Below are positions 7,031 through 15,448 of a stretch of DNA of 32,000 bases, one piece after another. Source of the DNA: Promethearchaeum syntrophicum (GTDB taxonomy: Archaea; Asgardarchaeota; Lokiarchaeia; Sigyniarchaeales; Promethearchaeaceae); NCBI RefSeq assembly GCF_008000775.2, contig NZ_CP042905.2:2130001-2162000 (forward strand), written 5' to 3'. Positions within the stretch are counted from its first letter, which is position 1. Each line of letters begins with the position of its first letter. The position numbers and the translations under genes are program-made. The notes beneath the pieces are model-generated. The model saw only the letters and a list, made by a program, of their open reading frames with translations. It did not search any database and was not told the origin of the DNA.

Positions 7031-10000
7031 TCAATATTCTATTATAAAATAGCCGTTATGGTCTTTAATATAAATTATTAACTCTTTAAGTATGTTCTTA
7101 ACAAATTTTGTCTTTTCATCTGTGTTCGGGGTTGTTTGATTAAGTGTGGGAGAATTTCCCACAAAAATTATCTTTTTCTTTACACGACTTATGGCAACAT
7201 TTAGTCTTCTTAATTCCATATTCAATTCTTCAATCGTATGTTGGGGATTGGAATCGACAAAGCTGTAAATTATGAATTCTCTTTCTTGTCCTTGGAATCT
7301 GTCAACAGTATCGATAATAATTGACTCAAAAATTAAATTTTTTTCATCTTGAGAGAATTTGGGGATATTAGCGCTGTTAAAAATATGTTCATAGAAGTAT
7401 TTAAGAAGTTCTTCATGAATTTTTTGATTTTGAGCTCGATATCCCGAAATTATTCCAATTTTCTTTAGTATATGGATTAGTTTATCAATATCTTTGTAAA
7501 TATATGCAATTTCTTTAAAAAAATGCGCAATCACACGAACAATAATTTCCGCTTCTTTTTGATTAAATTTTGATGTTAATTCTTTGGTAAGGGTATATTC
7601 TGATGAATCTTTCGCATCTATATTAATTGTATCAATAAAAATCATAGGCAAAGTCGGATTAAAAAATTGTCCCCATAGATCATTTTCACCAAAATTAAAT
7701 CCTTCTAACCCATTATCTAAAAGGAAATCAGAAAAAGTCTGATCACCAATATTTTTTCCATTTACTATTCCAGGTTCCAATTTTCCTTCATAAAAAGTAT
7801 CAGAAACAAATTTAGAGATTATTTTATTCATTCTATATTGGTTAGAAAGCATGATATAACTTGGAGAATGGTAAAATTCGGAACTTAATCGTTCAAAAAT
7901 TGAAACTCCCAAGCCTTTTTCTGGAGAAAAATTTAATATCTCAAGGAAATCAACGCTTTCTTTTGGAATATTCGGTTCTTTCCCTTGTGAAATTGGAGGC
8001 AATTGTTGATGGTCGCCCACTAAAATGAAATGATCACCTTTTAGTAATGGAATTAGCCCTGAACTTTCCACAATTTGTGCAGCTTCATCCAAGATAATTG
8101 TATCAAATTTCGAATTTTCGAGTAAAATATTTGCAGCTGAAGTAGTCGTTGTACAAATTATGTCTGCATTCTTTAAAACCGCCCTAACTTTAAATGGATC
8201 AACAATAATTTCCTTTTCCCCGGTAGGATAAACATTCATTTCTTGGCATACATGCTCTATAGAGTGCTTCTTTATCATTGGGTTTTCATTCGAAGATATT
8301 TTTCCAATGCGGATTACTTTCAAATCTGGAAATCGTTCAATTATTTTTAACAAAATATTATCTACTGCTTTATTTGTAAACGCGCTGATTAAAATAGGAA
8401 AAACTAGCCCATAGGTTTTTTTTCCATTTTTTATAAAGTAATCAAGGCCTGATTTCTTCTTAGTTTTCTTTTCTAAGTTTTTATTCTTGTTCTTCCGGAA
8501 TTTTTGTACTAAACGATTAGCAATTTCCGCTATTATTGTTGTTTTACCCGTCCCGGGAGGGCCTTGAATTAAAACCATGTCCTCAGATTTCATTGATAAT
8601 GAAATTGCTTGTTGTTGAGCTAAATCAAAAGAAAAAGAATCGTCAAAAGTAACAAATTCTTCATCAACTTTTCCGATTTTTGGAAATGTGCGAAATAATA
8701 GTAAATCTCTAAGTTTTCTAATATTTGGATAGTAAGGAGACACAGAAAATCGACACAACTTATCAATTGCTTGTTTTTGAAGATCGATCATATAATTACT
8801 TGAAGTTAAGTCAATTCTATAAGATAATCTTGATTGAAATTGTTTTTCCGATTTTATTTCTCTGAAAATTGATATTAGGATTTTTTCTTTAGTAATATCT
8901 TTTATAATGCCCCTAATACTCTCTGAAGTGAGCGGAATAAACTCTTGTGGTGTAATAAGAACATAGTCTCCTACCCTAATTCTAGTGTTTTTGATAATTT
9001 GCCTTCCTATCATACTAAATGATAATAATTTCTCTTTATTTTTTATAAGAATTGAATTAAATTGTAAATTTGCAATGCAATTCCCTTTTTTTTCTCGCTC
9101 TTCTGAAGACAGTTGAAGTTCTTTTAGAATTTGAATATTATAATTGAATTCATTATCAAGATGATACAGAAACCAAGACATATATGCATTTAATCTTTTA
9201 AATAGAGCTTGTTTTTGAGCGCTTTTTTCAAAAATTTCTTGAAATGGATTATTATGAACTCTTTTTCCTTCAGAATTGATCATTTGAAGTCGATATTTAT
9301 GAAAATTGCATGCATCTTTAGATGAACATCTTCCACATGTGTGTAAATCACCAACTTCTGGTTGGTTTCCCATCAGAATATTCCAGATTTCATTTCTAAT
9401 CTTTAAAACTTTTAGGAGTTCCTTTTCGTCATAATTATATTCTAACATTCTTTCATTTATTGATAACCGTGGATATTCAATCAGTAATTTATCGACTTTT
9501 GTAGGAAAATACTCCTGTAAAATTGTTGCATATGCCATACTTTGGTAAAAAGCAGAAATTTGTGAAGAACTAGGGCTGGTTCCTGTTTTAGTTTCAATTA
9601 TTACAAATCGTGAAGATGGGATCGTTTGAATTAAGCGATCAATCCTACCTTGAATACCTAGATTTTTAGAATAGATCATTTTCTCACAAATTATTTCATA
9701 TTTTCCGTATTCTTCCGAATACTTTTCCAATTCTTTTTGGATGAAATCAATTTCATTTTGAAGGAAATTATTTTGAAATTCTTTTAAAATAAAATCCAAA
9801 TCTATTCTTAAAGATACGAAATAACCCCAATTCATATAACATGCTTTGCTAAATGAAGTAAGAACGTTTTTTTCTAAAATATCTCTCTTTTTTACCCAAA
9901 GTTCTAAATTCGGATTACTAAAAATTATTGATAAATAATCATGAAACAAATTACCCCAAAGTAAGTTCTCATTGATCCTACTGTATGCATTAATATATAT

Positions 10001-10405
10001 ATTCAAAAAAGATTGCATTTCACAATAATTATAAGATCCAATCCAACTTGAATTGATATAGGTATCTTTGTCTAATATTGCTTGATGTATCTCAAAATAC
10101 TGTTTTTTATTGTCTAACTTTTTCAATTCACCTTTAATAATTGTAATTTTAAGGGGTAATCTTCGCTGTACAGATTCAGAATTCAAAATTTTTGATAAAT
10201 ACCCATAAAAAAATGCAAGAACTTTTTCTTCAACTTGATCTTCAATCAGGACGGTAAGAAAATTTTCTTTTTCATTATATTTTAGGATTTTATCGATACT
10301 ACAAATTACAGGTTGATTTATTGAGATCTTTCCTTTAATTTCCTTAAAAATTTTAAAAATTTTAAAAATTTTATTAGTCTTAATTGTTTTTTCGTCCTCG
10401 GTCAT
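7031..10405 (-). CDS. Dna2-like nuclease-helicase (Cas4/RecB-type Fe-S PD-(D/E)XK nuclease fused to an SF1B Upf1/Dna2-like helicase)
   Basis: Nuclease part: GRIDRL...VIIETKTG (D...ExK), flanked by an upstream Cys (NYCEMQ) and CGRCSSKDAC (C-x2-C-x5-C), which is the Cas4/AddB/Dna2 Fe-S pattern. Helicase part: Walker A GPPGTGKTT, motif II ILDEAAQ, VGDHQQLPP, DRFQGQEREFII and RRLNVAISR. I prefer ATG 10405; the track starts at TTG 10414. Confidence 0.8.
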   Translation of the reverse strand: MTEDEKTIKTNKIFKIFKIFKEIKGKISINQPVICSIDKILKYNEKENFLTVLIEDQVEEKVLAFFYGYLSKILNSESVQRRLPLKITIIKGELKKLDNKKQYFEIHQAILDKDTYINSSWIGSYNYCEMQSFLNIYINAYSRINENLLWGNLFHDYLSIIFSNPNLELWVKKRDILEKNVLTSFSKACYMNWGYFVSLRIDLDFILKEFQNNFLQNEIDFIQKELEKYSEEYGKYEIICEKMIYSKNLGIQGRIDRLIQTIPSSRFVIIETKTGTSPSSSQISAFYQSMAYATILQEYFPTKVDKLLIEYPRLSINERMLEYNYDEKELLKVLKIRNEIWNILMGNQPEVGDLHTCGRCSSKDACNFHKYRLQMINSEGKRVHNNPFQEIFEKSAQKQALFKRLNAYMSWFLYHLDNEFNYNIQILKELQLSSEEREKKGNCIANLQFNSILIKNKEKLLSFSMIGRQIIKNTRIRVGDYVLITPQEFIPLTSESIRGIIKDITKEKILISIFREIKSEKQFQSRLSYRIDLTSSNYMIDLQKQAIDKLCRFSVSPYYPNIRKLRDLLLFRTFPKIGKVDEEFVTFDDSFSFDLAQQQAISLSMKSEDMVLIQGPPGTGKTTIIAEIANRLVQKFRKNKNKNLEKKTKKKSGLDYFIKNGKKTYGLVFPILISAFTNKAVDNILLKIIERFPDLKVIRIGKISSNENPMIKKHSIEHVCQEMNVYPTGEKEIIVDPFKVRAVLKNADIICTTTTSAANILLENSKFDTIILDEAAQIVESSGLIPLLKGDHFILVGDHQQLPPISQGKEPNIPKESVDFLEILNFSPEKGLGVSIFERLSSEFYHSPSYIMLSNQYRMNKIISKFVSDTFYEGKLEPGIVNGKNIGDQTFSDFLLDNGLEGFNFGENDLWGQFFNPTLPMIFIDTINIDAKDSSEYTLTKELTSKFNQKEAEIIVRVIAHFFKEIAYIYKDIDKLIHILKKIGIISGYRAQNQKIHEELLKYFYEHIFNSANIPKFSQDEKNLIFESIIIDTVDRFQGQEREFIIYSFVDSNPQHTIEELNMELRRLNVAISRVKKKIIFVGNSPTLNQTTPNTDEKTKFVKNILKELIIYIKDHNGYFIIEY
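10346..10372 (-). repeat. perfect 9-bp tandem repeat x3 inside the nuclease-helicase CDS
   Basis: AAAAATTTT occurs three times (10346-10354, 10355-10363, 10364-10372). On the minus strand it encodes KIFKIFKIF near the N-terminus. Confidence 0.9.
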
Positions 10406-10654
10406 TTTAAACAATCATATTTTTTCATTTAATTTCCTTATAGTTATAACCTAAATTTACCTTTTTAATTTCATGATATCTTGAGTGAAATTTGAATTAA
10501 AAATCAATTCTTCTATAAATATTTTTATTCTAAGCTTAAAATGTCGTACTTCTAGGAAATAAACCCAATTTGTTGAATAAAAATTAATGATCCAATAGAA
10601 TTAAAAAGTGAGTAGAATTTTTAAAACTTAAAATCCCAAGATGTGGACCATTTC

Positions 10655-13600
10655 ATGAAAAAATATTGGAAGACGCTAAAAAAAATATCATTAACAATGT
10701 CTATAGCATTGTTATTCTTAATATCTATCTCAATACCAATGAATATACAACCAAATAATATAAATTTTAATAATACTGATCCCTCCGTTGTAGAATTACC
10801 AAATACATCATTGTTTGAGTATGAAAATCCGATTTATGGCACTGGAAACAATAGAACCTTGAGGACTTTCTTGCAGAACTCTTCTGAAGCAAGTGGTGTT
10901 AGCAAATTTAACATTTCAAGTGATTCTAACGATGAATATTTGAATAAAGGGCAATATAATTTTACTTTCGATAAAAGCTTTAACACAACTTATATTTTAG
11001 AAGATGATACGCCTTTAGTTTCTCCAGATACAGATTTCGATTTAAATGAAGAAATTTCATTGAACAATAATCTTACTTTAGGGAGTAGTGGATCAATAAC
11101 AAACGGAGGAACTGACTCAGATATAGCCTCGATAGATTTTGATTATATAGAAATTACAAGTTCGGGCAATTTGGCAATTTTTAATTTAACAACAGATTTT
11201 TCAAATTCTGATTATAATGAAACAGTTATTGGTTTTATTGTTGAATTAAATTTGAGGTTGTTTGATGATGCTGATCTGAATGTCTTTATCTATGATCTCA
11301 TTGAGAACAAATGGGATCAGGTATATTCGAATCTAAATTATGGTGTTATGGGAAATTATCAATCACTTATTTTTAACATAACTAATGCTAATTTAAGATA
11401 TCTTACCGATACGCAAAATCCGCTATTTTCATTTAGTTTTTCTAATACTGGTGATGAATTTATAACACACATAGATTATGTATCAATAAAATTACGTAAT
11501 ACAAATGAAATTCTCATTTCAGAAGATGAAAAATCAGCTGCTTTGGAATTTAATATAATGGGAAATAGTACATTTTATGGATTTCAAGCATGGATTAGAT
11601 CATTTAATGTGACTGCTGTTGGAGAAGATTCAAATCTAACAGTCGGGCTTTATTTTACAAATCTTACAACACCACTAACAAGAAATGATCTTGTAAGATA
11701 TGGCGATGAAACAGATCCTATACCAACAAAGCCAAGTACTTTGATTGCTGAGAAAAGTTTTATTAATTTTTCAGAAGATAAACCTTATTGGTTTGATATC
11801 TTTCCTTCGGGAATCGATCTGAATATAAGTACTAATGATATAGGTAATTTTTTCATTGTTATATCATCAAACACTACAAGTATTGATGGAGGAAAAGGTT
11901 TTTCGCTTGTAACTCTTCCCTATACTGAATATTCTTCAGATTTTACTGTTTCGGGTCCTTCTGACAAAGAATCAGATATTGATCATCTCTTATTAGAATA
12001 TGATGGGATTGATTGGAAAAGAAATTATGCAATTACTGATGTTCCCTATGAGAGGTATTTTGAAGCTGATGCTGCTGCATTTTCGATAAATTTAACTCGA
12101 CCTTATCGACCTTCAGAAATCGAAGCGACAATTGAGACTGAAAGTATTCAAGATACATATCCTACAATTGATAATTACCCCTATGATACAACTGGGGATT
12201 ATGCAACTACATGGTGGGGATTTGGAACAATAGATCACACATATGATACTCCAATTCAAGCAACTTATAATAATTTTGAAGTTCCGATCACTTGGAATAA
12301 TAGTATATATTCAGGAAATATTGATGTGAATGTAAAATATAATGTTGAAAAATATTATGATGAGGATGCTACAGCAGATTATACATTAAATCTTGAAGAA
12401 AATCCGGTTTGGAATGTATCTTATTATTTCGATAACACCAGTTCAAAATTGGACAATTGGAATTTTGTAGAAATGTGGTATTTCATGCCTGAAGATTGGA
12501 CTTTTATTAATTTTGCAGGACCAGATCAAATAGATTACACCATTAATACAACTTTTTCAGCATATGATGATAATCAAAATGTATTAAAAGTTAATTCATC
12601 TGTAGTAGGTGATGGAGAAGCCGGATTTTATCAAATCAATGCAGAATCAAATAATTATATTAGAACTTGTGAATTACAACTTCATTACAATGAATATAAA
12701 TGGACGACAAATGGTTTTATGCCAGGAGATAATGTTTCGTTGGCTGTTGGTGTTTCTGATTCAGATGGAAGATTTATTCAAAATAATGGTGAAATAAGCG
12801 CAAATATATATAATACCTCTGGAGAATTAGTTTCCAAATATAATCTCTATGATAATTTAATTAATACAAATGATACATATTCTTGGTATAAATTTCAATC
12901 GCAAGATATATTCTACGAAACAGAAACTCTCCCAACTGGGACTTATCAAGTAATTCTTAATTGGACTAATGGGGATCAAGTCGGTTTATTCAAAAGAGAA
13001 CTATATTTGAATAAATATGAAGCTAATATTTTAGATTTTGATAATTATGATCAAGAGACCCAAACAAACGAAATTCATGGAACAGTTAATTCAAATAATC
13101 CATCATTTGTAACCGATATTAACACCTATGATTTATATATATACGCAATTAAGAACTTAACAAGTGGTGGGGATTTTAGTGAATATTTTGTCAATCGCTC
13201 AACTAATGAGAATTTAGGTTCTGAGACTGACTTATATATGGTTAATTTTATGCAAAATGAAACCGTTCTTAATGCTGATGAAGATGTTAATTTTATAATT
13301 AATCTAGAAAATCACCATCATACTCTTAATTATGATGTTTCAATTACTGCAGAATTAATTTCACTAATAAATCCTGAAAATGAATGGATTATCTCATCGA
13401 GCACAAGCAACACTCAAAATATTGCTATCTCTGGAGATCCTCATGATAATGATAAGAAAGAATTTGATTTTAGTCTTAATATTCCAACTCCTGCAGAGGG
13501 TGGTGTGAATTGTCCCATTCGAAATGGTCCTATGGCTATAAAAATCATAGTTGAAATTGGTGGAACTGCAATTTTTGAACAAATTCAAGAAGAAATATTG

Positions 13601-14767
13601 TATTATACTACATTATCTGATACTGAATTTGAAGGTGATGCATGTCAACCAATAAAAATCTATGAAGAGAGGATGGGACCATCATTCATTGCTTCAATTG
13701 ATAGATCAACCCTGGATTTACCTGAAAATATTTCTTATTTTGTTCAAGTTGTCAATGATTATTTTATGGGAACTGAAACTGAAAATGACGTCTATAAACC
13801 TTCACAATACTATAAAGTTGATGGAAATATCCTTGATTTCAAAATCGAACAAAATGAGATCAATCGAATTTCTAGTTTAAATTTGATAGGTCAAGCTGTT
13901 GATGAATATGAAAATCCCTTAGCATCAATAAATTTGGAATTAAATTATAATGATTCCGTGAATTGGGTTCCTTTGGAAGGTGCTTCGGAAAGTAATCAAA
14001 TTACTACGGACGGTGATGGATTTTTCAATTTTGAATTTTCATTATTTAATACTCCCAAATTAGCAGATATGCAAATCATGGCTTCTTATGCCGGAAATGA
14101 TAGTGTTCTTGCTTTTGATAAATTTCTAAATTTTACTCTGAGTGAATACAATACCGATATCGATTTGATTTTTGAAAATATAACTCTGATTAAACCTGTT
14201 CACAATATTATTTCCTTTAAAATTGTAAATATTGGTAATTCCACTTTGGAAAATGTAACACTAACAATCGAAAATTCAACATATAATGGTTTTGTGTATT
14301 CAATGAACATATTGAAAAGTGAAATTCTAAATCCTGGAGATTTTTTCATTGTTGAAATTGATTTCTTTGATAATAAATATAATGAAGATTTTGCAAACAT
14401 TACTATAAAGGTTGAAGCATTTGTAAGAGAAATTGGTGAGCAGCAAGTTCTACATGAAACACAATATACTTTCACAACCTATACAATTAATGAAGGTGAA
14501 TTATCATCAACTACAGTAGTATTGTTCTTCTTTGTAGGTGCTGGTTTACTATGGGCATTTGGCGGATTATTCATTAAGAAGAAAATTACAGAATTTAACA
14601 CTGTGCCAGAAACCTATGTTTCAGAGAAAAAAACTACTAAGAAGCGCAGAACTGGAAAATATGTTAATGTTTCTGATTTAAGTAGAGAAACTGAAAAGAA
14701 ATCAAATAGTTCTGAAGAATCTTCGACCAGTCTTGACGATCTACTTGATGAAGAAGATTCTAAATAA
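10655..14767 (+). CDS. large N-glycosylated cell-surface protein, type I membrane anchored
   Basis: Signal-peptide-like N-terminus from ATG 10655 (MKKYWKTLKKISLTMSIALLFLISISIP); the track uses GTG 10643. I counted about 40 N-x-S/T sequons by hand. It has a CarboxypepD_reg-like segment (ITTDGDGFFNFEF) and a CARDB/NEW3-like segment (KIVNIGNSTLENVTLTI...LNPGDFF). A single C-terminal TM helix (VVLFFFVGAGLLWAFGGLFI) is followed by a basic stop-transfer KKK and a tail of about 70 aa. Confidence 0.8.
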   Translation: MKKYWKTLKKISLTMSIALLFLISISIPMNIQPNNINFNNTDPSVVELPNTSLFEYENPIYGTGNNRTLRTFLQNSSEASGVSKFNISSDSNDEYLNKGQYNFTFDKSFNTTYILEDDTPLVSPDTDFDLNEEISLNNNLTLGSSGSITNGGTDSDIASIDFDYIEITSSGNLAIFNLTTDFSNSDYNETVIGFIVELNLRLFDDADLNVFIYDLIENKWDQVYSNLNYGVMGNYQSLIFNITNANLRYLTDTQNPLFSFSFSNTGDEFITHIDYVSIKLRNTNEILISEDEKSAALEFNIMGNSTFYGFQAWIRSFNVTAVGEDSNLTVGLYFTNLTTPLTRNDLVRYGDETDPIPTKPSTLIAEKSFINFSEDKPYWFDIFPSGIDLNISTNDIGNFFIVISSNTTSIDGGKGFSLVTLPYTEYSSDFTVSGPSDKESDIDHLLLEYDGIDWKRNYAITDVPYERYFEADAAAFSINLTRPYRPSEIEATIETESIQDTYPTIDNYPYDTTGDYATTWWGFGTIDHTYDTPIQATYNNFEVPITWNNSIYSGNIDVNVKYNVEKYYDEDATADYTLNLEENPVWNVSYYFDNTSSKLDNWNFVEMWYFMPEDWTFINFAGPDQIDYTINTTFSAYDDNQNVLKVNSSVVGDGEAGFYQINAESNNYIRTCELQLHYNEYKWTTNGFMPGDNVSLAVGVSDSDGRFIQNNGEISANIYNTSGELVSKYNLYDNLINTNDTYSWYKFQSQDIFYETETLPTGTYQVILNWTNGDQVGLFKRELYLNKYEANILDFDNYDQETQTNEIHGTVNSNNPSFVTDINTYDLYIYAIKNLTSGGDFSEYFVNRSTNENLGSETDLYMVNFMQNETVLNADEDVNFIINLENHHHTLNYDVSITAELISLINPENEWIISSSTSNTQNIAISGDPHDNDKKEFDFSLNIPTPAEGGVNCPIRNGPMAIKIIVEIGGTAIFEQIQEEILYYTTLSDTEFEGDACQPIKIYEERMGPSFIASIDRSTLDLPENISYFVQVVNDYFMGTETENDVYKPSQYYKVDGNILDFKIEQNEINRISSLNLIGQAVDEYENPLASINLELNYNDSVNWVPLEGASESNQITTDGDGFFNFEFSLFNTPKLADMQIMASYAGNDSVLAFDKFLNFTLSEYNTDIDLIFENITLIKPVHNIISFKIVNIGNSTLENVTLTIENSTYNGFVYSMNILKSEILNPGDFFIVEIDFFDNKYNEDFANITIKVEAFVREIGEQQVLHETQYTFTTYTINEGELSSTTVVLFFFVGAGLLWAFGGLFIKKKITEFNTVPETYVSEKKTTKKRRTGKYVNVSDLSRETEKKSNSSEESSTSLDDLLDEEDSK

Positions 14768-14789
14768 TTTTTTTTTATAACCTTTTTTT
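14768..14789 (+). terminator. oligo-T terminator of the surface-protein gene
   Basis: T9 (14768-14776) starts immediately after the TAA stop at 14765-14767, and T7 follows at 14783-14789. This fits the archaeal intrinsic oligo-T termination signal. Confidence 0.55.
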
Positions 14790-14811
14790 CCTCTATCCTA
14801 GCCTTCAAAGC

Positions 14812-14829
14812 CTTAGGGTTAAATTTTTT
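14812..14829 (+). repeat. 18-nt 3'-region motif CTTAGGGTTAAATTTTTT (copy 1)
   Basis: It lies 45 nt downstream of the surface-protein stop codon. It matches the reverse complement of 15398-15415 at 17 of 18 positions. Confidence 0.6.
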
Positions 14830-14930
14830 AAACAGGGTTATTTTAGAATTTCTTATCACCTTATTAAATCTTATCTCCTTGTTTTTTTTAATATTTTTGG
14901 TGAGAAGAAATGAGATTAAAATTAATATAT

Positions 14931-14948
14931 AAAAAAAAAACTAAAAAA
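14931..14948 (-). terminator. oligo-T terminator (minus sense) of Roadblock gene 14951-15292
   Basis: The plus strand reads A10 (14931-14940), CT, A6 (14943-14948), so the minus strand reads T6 then T10 directly after the stop codon. Confidence 0.55.
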
Positions 14949-14950
14949 GG

Positions 14951-15292
14951 TTATTTCATTATGTTTTTCAATTGTCGAAGCAAAAGTCCTACACTACTTC
15001 TACCATCTGGTCCTAAAAAACCTAATACCATAAGATCGTTGTTCTTAACTGCTATTAAAAAACCTTCATCCATTCCTAAAGTCATTTCCAACAAATTACC
15101 CTTGTTAAGAGCATCAATTTTTGTTTTAAACATCTTACTTACAGATTTTGCTATAGAATTATGATCCATCTCAGTGAGAGTTTGGCCTATTAGAACATCT
15201 CCATTGTTCTTGGCTAAAACTAATCCTTCACATACTGAAATTTCGCTCATGATTGATTCTAATTTAGGTGCCAATTCTTCTTTTGAACTCAT
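14951..15292 (-). CDS. Roadblock/LC7 (MglB-like) domain protein
   Basis: 113 aa with an ATG start. The pattern is typical of Roadblock/LC7: ISVCEGLVLAKNNGDVLIG...DHNSIAKSVSKMF...LLEMTLGMDEGFLIAVKNNDLMVLGFL. Confidence 0.75.
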   Translation of the reverse strand: MSSKEELAPKLESIMSEISVCEGLVLAKNNGDVLIGQTLTEMDHNSIAKSVSKMFKTKIDALNKGNLLEMTLGMDEGFLIAVKNNDLMVLGFLGPDGRSSVGLLLRQLKNIMK

Positions 15293-15397
15293 GTGTTTTT
15301 CTTAGTTAAATAAACTTAAAAAATTAATGGAGATTTTCTTTAAAATTACGAAAAAATCATTAATTCCAATGATAAAAATTCGTAATCTATTTAGTGA

Positions 15398-15415
15398 AAA
15401 AAATTAAACCCTAAG
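15398..15415 (-). repeat. 18-nt 3'-region motif CTTAGGGTTTAATTTTTT (copy 2, minus sense)
   Basis: It lies 34 nt downstream, in minus sense, of the stop of Roadblock gene 15449-15757. It differs from copy 1 only at position 10. Confidence 0.6.
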
Positions 15416-15448
15416 TGAAAAAAGATAACCATTAAATTGATTTTGATT

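Noticed and set aside
10415-10654. C/D-box sRNA or other small RNA in the long divergent spacer (for example CATGATAT...TGAGTGAAA). The Roadblock spacers at 15293-15448 and 15758-15961 were also considered.
   Set aside because: There is no canonical C box (RUGAUGA) paired with a D box (CUGA) at the right spacing, no terminal pairing, and no GC-rich structured segment.
12609-14475. Four short ORFs (12609-12797 +, 13394-13588 -, 13662-13880 +, 14200-14475 -) within the surface-protein gene.
   Set aside because: They are out-of-frame or antisense ORFs nested in a continuous 1370-codon ORF. They have no motifs and implausible composition.
14500-14767. Archaeosortase (PGF-CTERM/PEF-CTERM) sorting signal at the C-terminus of the surface protein.
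   Set aside because: No PGF or PEF tripeptide precedes the TM helix. A cytoplasmic tail of about 70 aa follows the helix instead of a short basic stub.
14812-14820. TTAGGG(TT) telomere-like hexamer.
   Set aside because: Each locus has a single copy and there is no tandem array. It is better treated as the core of the shared 3'-region motif.
14614-15164. ORFs 14614-14859 (-) and 14910-15164 (+), which span the intergenic region and overlap the ends of neighbouring genes.
   Set aside because: They overlap the well-supported surface-protein 3' end and the Roadblock gene on the opposite strand. They also run through oligo-T/A terminator tracts, which gives poly-Lys/Phe translations.
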